From Basidiobolus meristosporus CBS 931.73 (taxonomy: Eukaryota > Fungi > Basidiobolomycota), in assembly GCA_002104905.1 (NCBI GenBank), contig MCFE01000194.1, positions 62,001 through 126,000 of the forward strand: a stretch of DNA of 64,000 nucleotides, read 5' to 3'. The translations under genes and the position numbers were made by a program. Positions 13,801 to 27,050 of the stretch are shown one piece after another (the stretch's first letter is position 1; each line of letters begins with the position of its first letter). The notes below the pieces were generated by a model. The model had not been told where the DNA came from. It ran no database searches and worked only from the letters and a program-made list of their open reading frames with translations.

Positions 13801-16800
13801 AACACAAACTGGGTGCAAATTGTAGATATTTTGCAGTGACAACGGAGGGGATTACTGATCAAAGGAGGTTGCAAAAACTGCTCATCTACTGGTAAAGTTG
13901 AGCAGACCACTGTTCCACATACTGCACAGTCAAATGAAGTAGCAGAATATATAAATAGAACAATAGTAGAGATGGAAAGATCTGTGCTACATGATAAAGG
14001 AGTGAGCTATAAGTTTTGGGCTGAATCCATTGCTACCGCAGTATACATTAGGAATGGGTGCCCAACAACAGCACTAAAGGACTCTACACTCTTCAAAATA
14101 TATAGAGGCAAAAAACTAGACCTTCAGCATCTCAGGATCTTTAGCAGTGATGTCTTTTATCACATACCTGACAAGAAACACTTAAAGCTGGAACCAATGA
14201 GTAGAAAAGGGATCTCTCTTTGGTATTGTGATGATATCAAGAGGTATAAAATGTATGATAGCAAAATTCACAAGCTGATCAAGAGCAGGGACATTGTATT
14301 TGAGGAGAATTCAGATCAGAAAGCCACAAAAATCATTGGCCAGCTGGCTGATGATGCAATCAACACTAATGAAGAAGATACATACCAAATTCAGCCATAC
14401 ACAGAAGATATTTTTACCAGTTCCAGATCAGAGCAGATTATCCCAGTTAGGAGATCAAACAGAATAAGAAATGCCCCTGGATCCTGGTGGCAGATATCCA
14501 ATGATCATGAAGAAGCTTATCTTGCCTTATGTGCCAAACCTCAAAATCTGGAACAGGCAATGCAAAGTCCAGATGCTACTATGTGGCAACAAGCCATGCA
14601 GGAGGAGTACCAATTACTGATCAAAGCAAAAACATGGGAACTGGTATATTTATCAAATGAGCAAAAGCCAATAGGAAGTAGATAGGCCTACAAGATCAAG
14701 ATAACCTTGCATGATACTGTTAATTTAGTACTAGGCTAGATTGGTGGCTAAAGGCTATTAACAGATCCAGGAAATAGACTTCAAGGAAACATTTGCTCCA
14801 GTTGCAAAGTTTAACTCCATTAGGACAGTTCTAGCCCTGGCAGCTCTAAACAGTCTGGATGTACACCAAATGGACATCAAAACAGCCTTTCTAAAGGGGG
14901 ATTTGCAAGAAACTATATATATGGAGCAACCAGAAGGTTCTACCACTCCAAAAGGCCCCCATAAAGTGTGCAGACTTATGAAATTGTTGTAAGGGTTTCA
15001 GCAGGCACCTAGTGCATGGTAAACAAAATTGTCACTTATCTAGAGGAAATTGGGTTTGTTTGTAGCACTGTAGATCACAGTATATATGTGAAACAGCTCA
15101 AAAAGGGTGTGATCATCCTAGTTCTGTATGTGGACAGCCTAATAAAAGCTACAAGTGACCAGGAGGCACTTAAACAGATGAAATCAGATCTCTTCAGCAA
15201 GTTTGAGATGAAAGATCTTTGAAAATTGTGCTATTTCCTTGAAATTGAAGAGAATCATGACATACCTATGCATAAAATTGTACTGTGGCAGTTGGAATAG
15301 TCAGACAATTCATGCAGAATTATAGATCAATCAAATCACAGCATTTAAGTGGATTTTCAGCTATCTACAAAGTACCATAATATGGTTATGGAATACTCTG
15401 GAGCAGTCAATAAGGGGATATTTGATGGTTATAGTGATTCAGATTGGGGTAGATATCTGTTAGACAGATGCTCTACCACTGGGTATGTATTTCTTTACGC
15501 TGGTGCAGCTATTACTTGGAATTGCAAGAAACAACCAACTATGGCCCTAAATACAAATGAAGCTGAGTATATGGCTGCTTGCCAAGCAACTAAGGAGGTT
15601 GTATGGCTATGGAATTTATTCCAAGACTCAGGCATTGATTCAGATGAACCAGCATGTATTTACAAAGATAATCAAAGTTTTATTGCATTAGCTAGGAATC
15701 CTACTAATCATGCCAGAACTAAGCACATAGATATACAACACCACTTTGTGAGGGAAGCTGTAGAGAATAACTTAGTAGAGTTAGTTTACGGTCCAACAGA
15801 CAAAATGGTGGCAAATATATTGACAACACCACTAGCTAGATCACAATATGAGAATATCAGAGAGGAATTAGGATTAAGAAATTATTTAGTTGAGGGGCAG
15901 TGTTGAAATTTGCCCATTAGAGGATTTTCTTCTTCCTTCTTGTGATGAAATATTGAACTATTTGGTATCATCCAGCAGCTGAAAATTTACTTAACAATTC
16001 TAGACTAGTCTTGGTCACTGTAGGACTTGTTTGCAGCCCCAACCTTGCCAGTTTCCTCATATCTATGATCCTTTAATTTTTTCCCTAAAGTGAAGATCAA
16101 ATTAGCACTGTTTACCAAGCATTATGTAATAACCCTGAAACTGTTACAGAATGCTCCTGAATGTTAAGAAGCCTCCCCTTCTTAGTGTTACTGTTGTGTT
16201 ACTTCTACAAAGGTATAAGTGGTGATCCACTTTATGAATAAACAACAGTTCAGATATTACCACTATATATTGATTAGTTCCTTATATCCAGATTGCTTCT
16301 TAAATTGCAACATCTTGTTGGCACTTGATTTTCTTAATTTCTCATCCAGGTGTCTTCCATTCATGTGGTATCAGGTAAAATCTTGAGGTCATAGCTCTAG
16401 GGCAAATACAAGATCCTGAAGCATGTCTGTCAGACTATTCTTAAGGGTAACTATCACATCATCTGTGCTCCTGTTTGCCACTTCAGAGCAAATGCACCTG
16501 AAGGTACTATGTCCTCTGTTCTCAAACTTTACATCATTCTGTCTTGCACCTTTGGGTGGTTATTCCTCTTGCATATCAATATTCCAAGGGCTTTTTTCCT
16601 GTGGCATAATATCATACTTGTTTTCTTCACCTGGCATTCAGATATATAAAATATTCAGCAGATGGAATAACACTGGTAATATTGATATTACACACTGCTG
16701 AGAGTGACAGCTGGGGCTCATAGCCTGCTGTAAGAGCTTGGAGCTATTAGCAGTGATTGTAACCACAAGTATATTTTGTGGTTTTCTTTTAATGACTTAT

Positions 16801-17072
16801 TAAATCCAAAAGTTGTATTTATGGTTTTACATAGGTCTGACAAAGAACACACATGTAAAGGTTAGAGAAGGTCACAAGAACATGTAGGCAGGGTTTGGAG
16901 TTGTTTAGACAGCTTTGAAATACTCAATGCTCTGAATACGTAATGTTTTTGTCAATATATTCTATGCCAGTCCCAACAAGAATTTTGGTTGGAGTTTTCT
17001 AAGATTTGTAGGTAATGCTCTATGCAGCTAAGTAGGGTGAATATTCTAGTAAAATTTGGAATATTTGCAATA
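10820..17072 (-). mobile_element. Copia family B element split by the Copia A insertion (left part 10820-11875; right part 16313-17072)
   Basis: 347-bp B-type LTR at 16726-17072, PBS GGCTATGAGCCC (16725-16714) and gag 16313-16713. Gag resumes left of 11876 almost where it stops, followed by internally deleted PR/IN/RT pieces. Confidence 0.75.
11876..16312 (+). mobile_element. Near full-length Ty1/Copia family A element (pseudogenised)
   Basis: 5' LTR ~11876-12282 (first ~10 bp lost); PBS GGTTATGAGCCC 12283-12294; gag with CNHCKKPGHWAREC; WYIDSGASQH protease; WHRRLEH; integrase; RT; RNase H (ARTKHIDIQHHFVRE); PPT; 3' LTR 15901-16312 (TGTTG...CAACA). LTRs about 93% identical by eye. Confidence 0.95.
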
Positions 17073-17179
17073 TCCTTCCCCATGTTGGAAGATGAAGTAA
17101 AGATCACCTACAATCCATTAAGTTTTGACCTTCCCAAAAGCTATAACTCCCAAAATCTCAGACACTACAGGCATACCAA

Positions 17180-17547
17180 TGTTACAAGTCTTGGTATAAG
17201 AGTTGTACAGGAATAGGGAGTTTAGCTAGTATTGTATTCACTTGAACTTGAACTGATCTTTATTGAGGTTCCAGCGGCTCCTTATATACATTTTGTCAGA
17301 TCAATTGCTGACTAATTGTATTTCCTAATGTAGGTTGTGGCTGATGACTCATTTGATTGCATCATCATCACCCAATAAGATCCGGTTTTGTATATTTATT
17401 TCTGTCTGATAAGGATCTGCTGATACATTTGCTGACTAATGCTACTGATTTCATAGATAATACTGATATACTGACAACCTAAGCATATATTAATTGATTT
17501 GACTAAAAACTGATCTAACCTATACATTCAAGCGGCAGATCATAACA
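17180..17547 (-). repeat. Isolated LTR of Gypsy family 2 (368 bp)
   Basis: Same termini and length as 8713-9080. Flanks ACCAA and CCAGT are not a clean TSD; only TTGGTA of the PBS side is shared. Confidence 0.9.
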
Positions 17548-17559
17548 CCAGTATCCTTG

Positions 17560-17939
17560 CATGCAGGAAACTGCTGAAATATTGGACTATTTGGTATTAT
17601 TCTGCAGCTAAAATTTACTTAACAATTCAGGACTAGTCTTGGTCACTGTGGGACTAATTGACAGCTCTAACTTTGCCACTTTCTTCAGATCTATGATCTT
17701 ATGATTATTCCCCTATAGTCAGGATCAAATTAGCACTAATACTAACTATTATGTATTAACCCTGAAACTGTTACAGAATGCTGCTGAATATTGAGAAACC
17801 CTCCCTACTTAGTGTTGCAGCTGTATTACTTCTACAAAGGTATAAATACTGAGCTTCTTTAGTAATAAACAATAGTTCAGCTAGCATCACTATTTCTTGA
17901 TAAGTTCCTTGTATCCAAAACACTTCTTAAATTGCAACA
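17560..17939 (+). repeat. Diverged, 5'-truncated Copia A LTR
   Basis: Aligns to 15940-16312 and ends AATTGCAACA. Confidence 0.85.
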
Positions 17940-20899
17940 GAAACTAGCCTGACTAGTACTCCTACCATGTTCTATAGTCAGCTGCCCATTACCTACACAG
18001 TGCTAGGGCTAGCCGCTTTCTTGACCCCATGAGAAGACACTGTGATTATCCATCAAAAGGCCATCACAAAATTTAAATCCCAGAGCCAATAGGTATTGAT
18101 TGCCTGAGGATACTGTGCAAAGACTGTTAAAAAATTGCACCCCAGATTTCACAAAAAATCTGATCATAAATTTTTGTCATGACAATACATAGGTAGCTAT
18201 TGATTGGTTCTCTGCCAAATATCTCACTTTTGATTGCAGACACTTAAACACCTCCTACATTTGTGTGCTCCAATTTGCTATTGCCTCTTTTTCACACTTG
18301 TAACTTCCAGGCTCAAATACTGCACTGACTTTTCTTGAAGACATATTGGCTTATTTCTGTTCAATATTCAGTTGTAACTCAATTGCCAACTGTACTGATA
18401 AATACAAGTCCATATACCCAGCATAAACATTCAGCCCAACCACGCACTTGACTAGTAACTCCATTAAAATTGACCATTCAACAAGTATTTCTTCCATAAT
18501 ACCCTTTTCTATGACTTTAGCAGAAGCCCTGCAAGATCTACTACCTTATTTGCTAGTGTTTGCAATAAATCCTTACCAAAATCATGTGTGTTCTCTAGAG
18601 CACTGCTCTTGAGTAGTATGGCAACCTTTTGCTGTGCCTGTTGTTGTCCCAACACTTAACTGTAGGTGCTGGAGTAGTCCTCTAGTTCTTGACTTGCCTG
18701 CCTTGTCAGTTGATGGGATCCCCACACTGTCTCCAATGAAGGATGTGAAGGCTGTGGTAGGATTAATACAGCTCTCTACAAACTCATTTACCTCACTAGA
18801 GTGTAACCCAAGTATCAGCACATCCAACACTTGAGAACAAAGCTGTTGTCTTCATAATATTTCTTTTTGGCTATTAGGAGATAAAGCCTGTTCCTGGGTA
18901 ATGGAGTCAGCCGGTAAGAGCTGCAACTTCTTTCACATGCTTTCCACTCTTTGGCTTTGTTATACTTTTATCCCTTTACCCTTTCCTTCATCACTGCCAA
19001 GTCTTTCACTGATACTTAGTCTGAGTACTTCTTGTAATGATCTGCATTTTCACCTTGAAGAATTTTGCACTAGGGCATCAGTTTATGCTAGCTTGTCTTT
19101 TACAAGCATTTTTTGGGCAGCCTTTGTCTCTTGTTTTGAGCTTTGCACTAACCTTTTTGTTTATTACAGCCAGGTCCTTCATTGATACTTTGCCTGAGAG
19201 CTTCTTGTATTGAAATATGCTTTCTTCATGGTAAATGCTGCAATAGTGCAAATATTTCTGCCTTCTTATTCCATACCAACACTATACTGGCATGCCAACA
19301 TTTCTTTTCCACTTATGTTGAGCTCTCAGCTCCAATTATAACATACTCCTGAGGAAGCTGCTGGTTTGCTCACTGACAGATCCTTCACTGCTACATTGGC
19401 TGAATGGTACTTGAATAGAACTAAGCTTTTCCTGGTTAAAAGTTGCACCGAGGCATCTGTTTCTGCCTGCTTGTCCCTTGCCAGCACTCTTCCTGCCACT
19501 TGACATCTCTGTGACACTTCTTTAGAGCTTTTGGCCCTGCCTGCCACAGGCTCCAGAGGAAGCAACTAGTTCTTATCTGTGGAACACTTGTTCAACTGCC
19601 TTTGATAGTTTCTGCTATACATGAAATACTTTCTTAGCATACTAATGCATGCCTAAAGCCTATTTACTTGTTAGAATCTGGGATAGTGCTCATGGAACAT
19701 GTCAAGTACAATCTGCTTGGCCTTGAGCTCCCAATGGCCACATGGTATGCTAGATTAAGGTGATGGCAAGCTATACTTCTTACTGATTCTTGGATATTAG
19801 CCCACACTTTATCATAGCACTCATTGGCCTCACAGATCTTTAATATCTCTTAATGTGTAGCTATGGTATTAATACTACTGTCTCTCACCCCATTCTTTCA
19901 TAGGTTTTTCTGTGGGCTTTATAATTCATCACTGTTGTTGAACACTTTGCAGTGTTATTCTGCTGTTGCAATATGAGATGGCTGATTTCTCAGCTGTGAA
20001 ATTGGGCTATTTAAGTTCCTTTTTTGTAGCAAAGATACTGCATTTGTGTGTGTAGGTGCAATGTTTGAAATACAAGAATGTCTTAAACTCACATGAGTAT
20101 TCACAGAAAAGTGATATAGCAGCATTATATTGTTGAGTGTCAAGCTACATGCCACACAAAGAAGACTACTTTGATTCAATGCCATAACAGAGGAGAAAAA
20201 AGACCGCGTGGCTATTGTAGCAAGCCTCTCATCCATGAAGGATGCAAGCAGCATAGGAAGTATTGCAAGGATCACAGCCAATGTTTTGCCATACAATACA
20301 TATTTGACCATTCATCAGTCAGCACTGTACCAAAAATATCCTACTAGCCACTTAATACTCCTATAGTGGCACCTAGCTGTACATGTCACCTTGTACAAAA
20401 TGAGTCAGGTGTTTTTGTAATGCCTTTAGGCCCACCTTAGCCTTGTGAATATGGCATACAGAGTGATTGCTCTGACAAAGAAGGCTCCCTGAAGGATAGT
20501 AAGCCTATCTCCTCTAACAACAGTACCCTTTGTAAGCCCAGCAAGATCCTGATATGCAATGAGACAACACTTGTAGAATAGCATGCCATGGATACCTTGC
20601 AGAGCCAAGTGTAATCCAGTAATACATCAACTGGGGAATGATACAATGTTGTGGCTAGAGAAGTGACATGTTTCCACCAATATTAGTAATTAGGGCTTTC
20701 AGGATATACCGCCACTTATTGCCTAAATCATTCTAGGATGCAACTTACCATGTGCATGCTCCAAGTGGAGAACTGTCCTGTGGCTGGCTACATATGACCC
20801 AGTGACCATCCTGATACCAGCATGTGTTAACTGCTGCATGGTATTCACATTGGAAGATACCACCATTGCCAGATATCCAGCTTCTCAGGAATCCACCAC

Positions 20900-21950
20900 C
20901 ATAAGAGGAAAACATGCTAAACACTAAAAATATTTTCCTGTATTATTCCATCTAAAGATTCTCATGCAGTCCAACAACTGTGTAGAGGCTATAAAGTACC
21001 AAACTCAGCATTAATCAGGTTCAAACATTTCAAACATCTCAAATGCCAGGGCTACCTTTAAGGTATATATGGCCATGCTGTTGCCTTGGCACTTGATTGA
21101 TTCTCAGTAAAAAGTACTCTATCAGCAAAGCATGCTGGCCATAAATTCTGATCAACCTGAATCTGCCAACAATCTTATGTTATTGTAGCTGAAATCTAAC
21201 CCTAGTCTTACTAATATCTATGTCTAAGCAACTTTGTAACCTGGATAGCTACCTGCAACTATTGCTAGATATATTTGTATGCTTTCCAGTAGGATACTGG
21301 TTAATGGCTATCATGTCCAAGCGTAAAGCATTATTGGCATTGGATATACCTCATGCATCAGCAAGATACCTAGCTTTTCTGGGCACAATGGATGGTGCTG
21401 CTGCCAGCTGTACTCACCAAAGTACTTCTCACAAGCTCCAATCAATAGTCACAAGCATATGCAATGATGTAAGTGCAAGGACAGAATAAACTGAATAGGT
21501 ATTTATTATTCATCTGCAGACACCTCTGCCTTTGGTGCTAAAGAGTTCTGCAGACCTACTGCACAAGTCAGCTAAGTAATGCAAGGTTGAGCTGGACACA
21601 GAAAGCCACTCATATTTACTAGGACAACTTTACCAAAGTATGCCAGGTTACTTCTAGTTACAAGCTGATTTCTATGCCATTCAGTACATAATCCACACAA
21701 ACTAAAGCTGGAGCACACTAATAAGGGGACTAGAATCCAGCAGGAAGAAGGAGTGAATTGGCTAATAGCAAAAAGTTCTTTGCAGATATTTACAAGATAT
21801 TCATGGCAAAAGTAGTGACAACCAGGCACATGGTTGTAAGATGTGTATATTAAAAGCAATACAAGGTATATGGCAGCTTTTCAAGTTTCACACTGAAAAG
21901 CTGCAAAGTTGAGGTCATAAAATGTGTCAATTACATTGTAAGGGAAGCCA
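20900..21950 (+). mobile_element. Tnp2/CACTA-like relic, copy 2
   Basis: NLDSYLQLLLD and degenerate ..SK...FLGHNGWCCCQLY blocks match the minus-strand copies at ~1.1 kb and ~46 kb. Confidence 0.55.
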
Positions 21951-22540
21951 TGAGCCTTTAGAAGGCATCAAGCACTCATAACTTGGTTAAGTTTTGACCA
22001 AGTTGAGGTCTATACTGGTTGAAGTGGCTACCAGTCAATGGTCTTTTGCATTTACAACCTAAATATATCTTGCATATACTTTTACTGACTCAAGGTGTTG
22101 AGCAGGGTATTTCTATCTGTGAACCACTATATCCCTAAGCAGTAACTAAGCTTGCTCAGATTGGACATTTTGAACTCCTTAGATAGGCTGTATTTGATTG
22201 CTTCCAAGATATTTTAACTATTGGTGGCTACAACAAGATTATCCACCAACAGGGCTAATAAAACTGTACATCCTTTATTTAGCTGGTAGTAGATGCTATA
22301 GTCAGCTGAAATACTTTGGTAACACAGGAACTCCTTATCAGCATCCCTTTCATATATCCAGGCTTGTGGTGAGTCCATAAAGAGCTGTTTGGTCCTGCAG
22401 GTGGATCTAATCTAGACCAGACACCAAGATCCCAAGACAAGACTGTCATAAAGTCAGCCACTAGTGTTTCTGGAAAAAACTTGTTTATATTTTTTACAGC
22501 TTCTATGCAAGGTTGGCCTAGCCTAAAGTCAATCCTAGTG

Positions 22541-25090
22541 TGTTGCACACATACTTGAGCAGGTCAAACATACCAGCATATGTAGTATTTAGACATGTAC
22601 AAACAGATCTTAGAAATTACCTACCAAGTTTCTTGCTGAGACTTATTTCAAATATCTTGACCAAAGCATCAGGGACACAAAACATGTAAATTTGATGTGA
22701 TGTCTAAACTGCTCCAAGCTTAGCATCAATGTTCTTGGGATCTTCCTAAATTTATCCTACATGTTTGTTTAGCCACAACTTTGTAAAAGTAGAATCACTA
22801 GTTTACATTCAATAAATCATCAGATGAAAGCCATATAATCTACTTGGTCTCTCAAACACTTGCAATATCTCTGAAGCTTTAACAACAGCTTATGAGCCCC
22901 AAGCTGTCACCCTTTTTAATATTGATTATTGCAATTAATGGCAACTTTTCCTCTACTTAAAATTTGGATGGATCTAATTACCAAGTGTAGAAAATAAAGA
23001 TAAAGATGCGGCTGTAGGAAAGAGGACCTAATATTGTTATGGGACAAGAATGCTCTCTTTAAAACATTGGTGGCAAAACTTTAAGGTACCACAACAAGGA
23101 GCAAAGTCCCTTTAACAATATATTTACAAATTGCTAATTCAATGCTCAGGTACAAATATGCCAAAGAATACCTTGAGGGCATTGGCACCTACAAAATATG
23201 CTCAACTACTAAGTAGATGCATCTCAGACCAAAGTTCTTACTACAAGTATGCTTTCAACAGAAGATATGGGAATTATAACAAGCAGATTTACTCTGTTAG
23301 TTTATAAGGTGGAATCAGCTGGCACACCAACTGCTGATGAAGATGTGCTAGCTACCCTCCTGAATAGCCTGACCAACAAAGTTTAAGGTCTTGTGTGAGC
23401 CCTAGAGTCCAGAACTGAAGATATAAACTTGTATTATATATACCAAAGATGGCTGGATGTGGAACAGCAAAAATTAAGAGCAAATAAAAAGGAGGAAAGA
23501 ATGCTTTAATAGACAATGATAACCAACAAAAGAGATACTTAAGAACCTTCAAATGCAACAGTAACCTTTCTTGCAGCTATAGTAAAATGAAAAAACCCAC
23601 TTCAGTCTAGTGCTTTAAGACAAGGGATGATCAGTAGAAATGCCTAAATTTGCAAATGCTTCAACAACTGAAGATACCCAGTTAACATCTGCTCCAAATA
23701 TGACAACAAGCAAGGATTCTCAAAAATAGTATATTGACTGTAGAGAATCTCAGCACTTTATACACCAAAAAGGACTTTTGACCTAATGTGAAGAAACTTC
23801 AATCAAGATGGTCTTGATGGGTGACAATAGAGTGTTTGATATAGTTTGTCACAGATCTATTTATGTAAACTTTGGGAGCATTGAAGGAAGCCATGCATCT
23901 ACCTTCAAAGAAGTACTCTTTATACTAGAGATAGCTAAGAACCTAATGTATGTAAGCAAGGCCACAACAGAAGGGCTCAGTTTCAGCTTTGCTAATTCTG
24001 AATGCATGATCACCAATCCATTGGTGCTTACTTTGTTGTGGTACTACAGAGCAGAGTCTACACAGATTGAATTATATTGCAATATATGTAGGAGTCAACA
24101 CAAGCAATCAAATAAAGATGCACTTATGCTTTGGCACAGGTTATTCAGACACATCAAGTTCGAGAATGTATATGAAAGATACTTGAGATGAGCTAAACTT
24201 TGGAGTAAAATTTGACTGTCAGCTAATTTGAAGCATGCTGAAGCTTGCATGTGTGAGAAACAAGCCAGACAACCACTCAAGAGCTCTGTATTGATCCAAT
24301 CCAAAGAAACAGAGATCTATTTACTCAGATCTTTGTGGATCTATATAAAATGTTTCCTCATATGGAATGGAGTAGATGATCACATCTACTGATGAATGTA
24401 CATGTTACATGTTGGTCTACCTTACGGAACAAAAGGAAGGAGCATTCTTCAAGCTCAGGAAGGATAAAGCTATTGTGAATGGAGAATCTCTGAAAAAAAT
24501 TAACAGAACCTGTCCTGATAGTTGTGAAGAATATTCCTCAAAACTCTGCATCTACTTCTGCAAATTATATGGGATAAAGCCAGACATAACCATATCATAC
24601 TTGCCACAGCTAAGTAAGGTGTTAAAATGTGCAAGCATATCACCACTAGATGTGGTATGATATATGCTACACAACCCATATTTATTCAAAGATTTTTGGG
24701 TTGGATCACCTGCTACAGCTATGTAGCCCACAAATAGGAGGTAAAGTAAAGTATTTGTGAATCTGCGCTGTTTGAGGCACTGTATGGCTATAAACATATG
24801 CAGAGCACCTGAAGTTACTTAGTGGCACAGCATAAGCTAAGAAACTGCCAAGAAATAAATCAAATTTGAGCAAAGAATTGCAACATGCATATTTTGGGTT
24901 ACTGCAATGAGGACATATGAACAGACTGTACAATTTCAAAGGAAGGAAGCTAGTTATATTCGGTGATGTGTAGCTTAATAAAGATACAAGATCCCTATAA
25001 CAAAAGACATCAGGTGATGACAAATATTCAATCTTAAGTGCACCAGTGGTCAGCATTGAATCAGAGCAAAACCCAGGAATATCCCGTAAG
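22541..25090 (+). mobile_element. Heavily decayed Copia family B element (5' LTR 22541-22887, PBS, gag-PR-IN), 3' truncated
   Basis: 347-bp TGTTG...CAACA LTR; PBS GCTTATGAGCCC at 22888; LWHRLFRH pre-integrase fragment. Confidence 0.8.
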
Positions 25091-25139
25091 TGACATAGAG
25101 ATAGAGTATACAGCAGCTTGTGAAGCTACAAAAGCTGAA

Positions 25140-26050
25140 ACATGAATGCTGTCTTGAAGATATATCTGGTTTTACCTTGATTTGGTTGTGCCCTGACATA
25201 AGGTCAATCTTGCTGAATATGCTGGCATCATCAAGCTAGTCCAAAAGCTCATCAATCCAAGGTATCTTGTACTTATTCTTCATGGTCACTGGTTTTAGTG
25301 CTCAGTAGTCAATGCAAATACTGAGTGTTACATCCTTCTCCCTTGCCAAAAGTGTTGATGCTCTGCATAGTGACTTGCTGGGCATAATCTATCCATGTTC
25401 AAAGAATCGATCCATTATTCACTTCAATGCTTCCAGTTCTAATGGACTCATTCACTATGATGTCTTGCTCCCAGGAGGGCTACCCCTATGTTATTAGTAT
25501 GCTGAGCACTGCTGACTGGTGGTATCTTTACTAGATCATGTGCAAGCATGTTTTAATAGGTCTGCAAAAGAATTTCCAAATTCCAGGGATCTTGGCAGAG
25601 AATGCTCCTTTCATAGTGCTACAAGGAGCATATGTGAACCTTTTTTAAATGCCCTGGAGGACTGAGTCTGGTTGACATCTCTGGTACTAAGCTCACAGGA
25701 TCTAAGCAAGTTGTAGTCCAGTCCATTAGACTGTGACTCATAATCTTACTGTCCTTTTGAATCTGAGTGGCATAGCTGTTCAATTGAATGATGAAATAAA
25801 ACAGAATAGCCATGCTTTTCCATGCAAATGGTCAGGCTTGTGGTTACCAAATATGATGGCATTAAGGTTCTTTCCATAATCATTGGTCATCATTATGAAA
25901 GGCTGAGTGAGACAGCTGATTGTGCAGAAATTCCCATTTGCTGATAAGTCCAGAGTACATTTGGTGGGTTCTGAGTTGTATCCTGCTTTCAAGGCAGATT
26001 TGCCAAACATATACTCATATGATGCTCCTGAGTATATCATGATTTTGGCA
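25140..26050 (-). mobile_element. Gypsy family 2 relic (protease to RT N-terminus)
   Basis: Colinear with 7100-7660 (MIYSGASYEYM; [14 protein letters not shown]) and retains the block deleted there. Confidence 0.8.
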
Positions 26051-26279
26051 GATGCTCTATGGATTGCTTCATGCTAGTATTGCAGCTTTTGTGTTTTTAG
26101 GGTCATTTTGTTCAATTATTCTATGATTATGTAAATAAAGAGCAAGTTTGTTCTGTGTTAATCCCCTACTTTACTTTGCTCCAGGGCTTCAATATGGTCA
26201 GATGTTTGACTAGACCATTTTCCATTACTTGTTTGCAGGCAGTATGTTGAGCTATATCTGTCAAAATATTCAAGAGATA

Positions 26280-27050
26280 TGTTGGAAGTGAAATTGAGAA
26301 CCAGAAGATTTGCATGATATTCACTTCTTGATTTAGTGAGTTGCAGAACAGTATTTATACTTATTGCAAACTATATATATGTAGCTATTTGCTCATCATT
26401 AGGGGAGTATTAGGAGTACATATGCTAAGTTGCAGCTCATTGGGACATATTTCAGTTTTTGCTAAAAATCCGTACTTCACTATTTCCTAATGATTAGCAA
26501 ATATCTTACAAACTTATTTTCTAGTTAATATTCTGAGTTATGTCATATATGTAGGTGCTAGTTCATAATATATTAATAATTAGGTAGACTCCTGATTATT
26601 TCAACACTCCCACTCACATGATATATCCATATAGATACAAACTTGCTGTGGAGTTGTGTATTTTCTGGTTGAAATTAAACCTGCACATAACCATCTAGCC
26701 TACATAGTATAACTTACCTTCTGAGACAACTCCTTCAGCATCAGAGGCTTCTTCAATGTAGGCAAGCCAAATTCACTGTTTTGGTTAACTTAGTCATGGC
26801 ACTGGTCAATCATGACTCTATAGTTGCTCTTGTGGGGCATTACAGTCATGCATTACAGTCATCCCTTGTGGCTGCTGGCTGAGAGTCTGCAGCAACTGTT
26901 GATGTTGGATTGGATTTGCAGTATACTTTGCTCTGATACCATAAAATTGGCAGTGTATTTAGACCAATGAGAATTAGCAACTAGCAGGATTTACTGTCAG
27001 AGTACTTGTTTGATGAGAACGCATAGAGTGCCATAGCTAAAGCATTGTTT
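26280..27050 (-). mobile_element. Internally deleted Copia family C relic (TRIM-like)
   Basis: LTR 26280-26606 (TGTTGGAA...TTTCAACA); PPT GAGTGGGAG adjacent; about 320 bp of internal sequence; PBS TGGTATCAGAGC (26941-26930); degenerate second LTR from ~26944. Confidence 0.6.

Noticed and set aside
17175-17552. A clean solo LTR with TSD
   Set aside because: Flanks ACCAA and CCAGT do not match as 5-mers, so its origin is unresolved.
18000-20850. Host gene or definable element
   Set aside because: CpG-depleted with many stops and no motif I can recognise; the same applies to ~27.5-30.5 kb and ~48.1-49.1 kb.
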